DNA of 64,000 nt from Candidatus Latescibacterota bacterium (GTDB lineage Bacteria > Latescibacterota > UBA2968 > GCA-2709665). The stretch is from NCBI GenBank assembly GCA_965226795.1, contig CBDDDZ010000002.1:512001-576000 (forward strand). Reading direction: 5' to 3'. The position numbers and the translations under genes were made by a program. The notes beneath the pieces are model-generated. The model was not told where the DNA came from. It worked only from the letters and a program-made list of their open reading frames with translations, and did no database searches. The first letter of the stretch is position 1; each line of letters starts with the position of its first letter. Below, in pieces: positions 60,796 to 64,000 of this stretch.

Positions 60796-60875
60796 CCCGT
60801 CGACCTTCCGGCCGATTTTCGGCGATATTTTCCGGGACAAAACATCAGGGATCACCAGCCTGAATGCGTCGGGAT

Positions 60876-63128
60876 TTATATTTGGCTGTACCGCTCCCGA
60901 AGCCGCTGCCGTACGATTTCCGCCAGGGTGTTGACGATGAACGTCACTCCTGCAAGTAGCAGACCGGTCAGAAAGAGGACCCGGTAGAGCGTTCCTTCGT
61001 GCGGCGCCTCGGGGATTTCCACGGCAATATTGGCCGACAGGGTGCGCATCCCGTTGAAGATGCTCCAGTCCATAATGGGCGTATTTCCGGTGGCCATCAG
61101 GACAATCATCGTTTCGCCGACCGCCCGTCCGAATCCAATCATTGTCGCCGAAAAAATGCCCGGGCTGGCGGTGGGGAGCACCACGCGAACGGCCGTCTGC
61201 CACGGGGTGGCGCCCAGCGCCAGGGATCCGGCCCTCAGGTGTGACGGTACGCTTGTGAGCGCGTCGTCGCAAATCGTATAGATGATCGGGATCACCGCAA
61301 AACCCATTGCGAAACCCACAACCAGGCAATTCCTCTGGTCGTAGCGGGTGCCGGCGGCATCCGCCAGCCAGCGCTGAAAATTACCGCCCCAGAATGCGCC
61401 TTCCAGCAACGGCCCGAGCGCCAGCGCCAACCAGATACCCAGAAGGGTCACCGCCACGTAGAACGCCTCCGGTCCCGGCAACCGGTTCTTCACGCACCCG
61501 GGCAGACGGGACCAGACCCAGGACGCCGCGATAACCGTCAGGGCCACCGTTGGCAGCAGCAGCAAGACGCCTACCACCTGGCGTTCCAGCAACGGCGCCA
61601 GCCATAGACCGCCCAGAAAGCCTAGAATCACGCTTGGCAGCGATGCCATCAACTCCACCATCGGTTTCACCACATTTCGCACGCGCGGGTGAGCGAACTC
61701 GGACGTATAGATGGCGGCGAGAACCGCCAGCGGAAGAGCGAAAAACATTGCATAAAACGTCCCTTTCGCGGTGCCATACGCTAGAGGAATGATGCTCATC
61801 TTGGGCTCGAATTCGTCGGTTCCGCCGGTGGACTGCCAGACGAACTCAGGTTCGGTGTATCCCTCGTACCACACTTTTCCAAACAGCGTTTTCAGTGTCA
61901 CTTCAGGATGCGGATTGGATAGCGCATAGTGGTTCAAACGACCGTCGGCGTGAAGGCTCAGGAACCCGTCTGCTTTGGGCGCGAACGTCAGATCGGTCAC
62001 CTCCGATCCATCCGCCAGTTCGAAAAACGTCTGGCCGGACGTCATGTGGTGCAACATCAGGTGTCCACCGACGCTGCCGGTCAAAAACTGTTTGTCACGC
62101 GCGGACGGGGCAATCGCGTTCACCGCCGTGCGATGTGGCCGAAAATCGTGGATTTTTTGAAACGTCCCGCGGATATTGCCGCGTGGTCCGCGCACGGGGA
62201 ACCACGTACTTACGTGTCCACGGGCGTCACCCACGACCACCGATACGTCGCCAAGCAGAAACGCAAGGGCTGTAATCGCGTGGTCCGAAGCACGAAAGCG
62301 CTGAACGAGTGATGGAGGTGTCTTGAGGTTGGATATATTCCAGAAATACACCTCTCCACGGTCCGTCCCCGCCAGAAGTTGACGACTGTTCCCTTGAACC
62401 ACCACGGCCGTTGGCCTGCCGTCAACCGCATCGGTCAATTCGTAAACGAATGATTCCTGCTTACCCCCGCCCGGCAGCCCCCTCTTTTTCTGTCTGCCCG
62501 CCACCAGTAGCCGGCCGGACGCCGTGATCCCCGCCGCAGTGGAGCGCCGCACCCCGTCCGCACCATATGAGACCTGAGCGATGGGTTCGCCTCTCCGGTC
62601 CAGCGCTATGTTATCCAGAACCTGAAACTCGGGTGTGACCCTGCGCTTACCATCCGGATAATCCACCCGATAATTCACCTTCGCCAGAGCAATGCGGCCA
62701 TCCGACATTCCCAGACCCAGGTGCCCGTCCGTAAGCGAAGGATGGACCGATACGACGTGCCGGCCCCGAAATTCGTCGCCACGTTCCCGGCGAATCGTTT
62801 CTCCATTGATCAATCGGATAAAATCGATTCCTTCCGGTCGCACGACGTATCCGACATCGCGGTACGGATCGGTGCCCGCCGCAAGCGCCCGCTGGCCGTC
62901 GCTACCCTGCAGCGTGTGGCTATTTACAATCGTCGCCGGCGCCGGAGACAGGAACAGGGGAAAGGATTCACGAAGCACAAAAGCCAGAATGCCCAGTACC
63001 ACCAGGATCACCCCCACACCGCCCACGGCGATCACCCAACGGCCCAGACGGTCCATAGTGCGTGCCGTGGGCGTGATGCCGGGAAGCGACCGGGGTTTTC
63101 CTGGATCGGTATTCTTCGGTTGCGCCAT
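60876..63128 (-). CDS. pstC: Phosphate ABC permease with WD40-like periplasmic domain
   Basis: KVWYEGY-EP-FVWQS, KP-VELMA-LPSVILGF, GRAVGETMIVLMATGN. Confidence 0.93.
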   Translation of the reverse strand: MAQPKNTDPGKPRSLPGITPTARTMDRLGRWVIAVGGVGVILVVLGILAFVLRESFPLFLSPAPATIVNSHTLQGSDGQRALAAGTDPYRDVGYVVRPEGIDFIRLINGETIRRERGDEFRGRHVVSVHPSLTDGHLGLGMSDGRIALAKVNYRVDYPDGKRRVTPEFQVLDNIALDRRGEPIAQVSYGADGVRRSTAAGITASGRLLVAGRQKKRGLPGGGKQESFVYELTDAVDGRPTAVVVQGNSRQLLAGTDRGEVYFWNISNLKTPPSLVQRFRASDHAITALAFLLGDVSVVVGDARGHVSTWFPVRGPRGNIRGTFQKIHDFRPHRTAVNAIAPSARDKQFLTGSVGGHLMLHHMTSGQTFFELADGSEVTDLTFAPKADGFLSLHADGRLNHYALSNPHPEVTLKTLFGKVWYEGYTEPEFVWQSTGGTDEFEPKMSIIPLAYGTAKGTFYAMFFALPLAVLAAIYTSEFAHPRVRNVVKPMVELMASLPSVILGFLGGLWLAPLLERQVVGVLLLLPTVALTVIAASWVWSRLPGCVKNRLPGPEAFYVAVTLLGIWLALALGPLLEGAFWGGNFQRWLADAAGTRYDQRNCLVVGFAMGFAVIPIIYTICDDALTSVPSHLRAGSLALGATPWQTAVRVVLPTASPGIFSATMIGFGRAVGETMIVLMATGNTPIMDWSIFNGMRTLSANIAVEIPEAPHEGTLYRVLFLTGLLLAGVTFIVNTLAEIVRQRLRERYSQI

Positions 63129-63181
63129 AGCCAAACCTTGCAGTTTCTCCCGCCGGACCGGGGAAGGGGTTCTCCTGCAGA

Positions 63182-64000
63182 CTAAATTCCCGCTGCTGCC
63201 AGCTTCGCCAGTTCTTCTTCAACGACTTCGTAGGGCACAGGCATATATCCATCCTTGATGACGATTTCCTGACCCTTTTTCGAGAAAATATACTTGCAGA
63301 ATTCGCGCACCATCGGGTCAAGGGGCTTACCCGGGGTTTTGTTGATGTAGATGAACAAAAAACGGCCCAGCGGATAGGAGCCGTCAAGTACATTATCCAT
63401 GCTGGCGTCTCTGAACCCTTCCTCCGGATTCTCCGCAAGCGGCACCACCCGCACGTCAGACGTCTTATATCCGATTCCACTGTATCCGATTCCGTATCGG
63501 TCTTCCGCCACACCCTGTACAACCGAAGCCGACCCCGGCTGTTCCTTCACTTCATCTTTGAAATCGCCCTTGAACAGCGCGTTTTTCTTGAAAAAGCCAT
63601 AGGTTCCTGAGGCCGAGTTTCGACCGTACAGACTGATTAACGCCGTTGCCGCCCCGCCCGTCCATCCCACCTGGCTCCACCGGACGATATTTTCAGGAAA
63701 TTCACCACGGCGGGTTTTGGAAAAAATCGCATCCACCTGTTCCAGCGTCAAGCCTCTTACAGGATTGTCTTTATTCACGAAAACCGCCAGCGCATCGAGA
63801 GCCGTTCTCAGCGGCGTGGGCGGGTACCCGAACGCGTTCTCGAACTTGTCAACCTCCGTTGCCTTCATTGAACGGGACATCGGACCGAACCGGGCCGTGC
63901 CTTTGATCAGCGCCGGAGGCGCCGTGCTGGACCCCTTTCCTTCGATCTGCACGTTTACGTTCGGGTAGTATTTGCGAAAACCCTCCAGCCACAGCGCCAT
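63182..64000 (-). CDS. pstS: Phosphate-binding protein (5' end beyond window)
   Basis: GKGSSTA, PMSR, YGRNSASGTYGFF, IGYSGIGY, YPLGRFL. Confidence 0.95.
   Translation of the reverse strand: MALWLEGFRKYYPNVNVQIEGKGSSTAPPALIKGTARFGPMSRSMKATEVDKFENAFGYPPTPLRTALDALAVFVNKDNPVRGLTLEQVDAIFSKTRRGEFPENIVRWSQVGWTGGAATALISLYGRNSASGTYGFFKKNALFKGDFKDEVKEQPGSASVVQGVAEDRYGIGYSGIGYKTSDVRVVPLAENPEEGFRDASMDNVLDGSYPLGRFLFIYINKTPGKPLDPMVREFCKYIFSKKGQEIVIKDGYMPVPYEVVEEELAKLAAAGI

Noticed and set aside
1..64000. tRNA, rRNA or island att sites
   Set aside because: None recognised by eye; tRNAscan-SE/Infernal would be needed to exclude them

Overview
GC-rich bacterial chromosome segment. The PhyH dioxygenases, TonB receptors and enolase-family genes suggest a Latescibacterota/Gemmatimonadota-like heterotroph, but this is a weak inference. 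(1) 1-17.7 kb: sugar-acid/amino-acid catabolic genes, a TonB receptor and a frameshifted Zn-metalloprotease. (2) ~17.8-41.4 kb: a visibly lower-GC defence island with no integrase or tRNA in view. It carries two DUF5131 (Gp37/Gp68) genes plus TcmP, four HEPN-type proteins (one cleanly split by a decayed IS), a proteasome-beta-like Ntn protein, a TIR protein, a type IIG/ISP-like RM fusion, a frameshifted SIR2-DUF4020 gene, an MNT-HEPN pair and an AAA_21 ATPase with a partial duplicate. (3) 41.4-50 kb: a second TonB receptor, a ferredoxin-HTH fusion, a radical SAM gene and a TA/REP/RAYT relic patch. (4) 50-64 kb: PhyH pair, sigma54-type pspA, xdhC/coxE/coxD-like genes, NUDIX and pstSCAB-phoU. 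The main unannotated signal is that the spacers downstream of the RM gene are decayed copies of that gene's own 3' end, each followed by a different cargo gene. This looks like an Rhs-orphan-like cassette array built on an RM gene.
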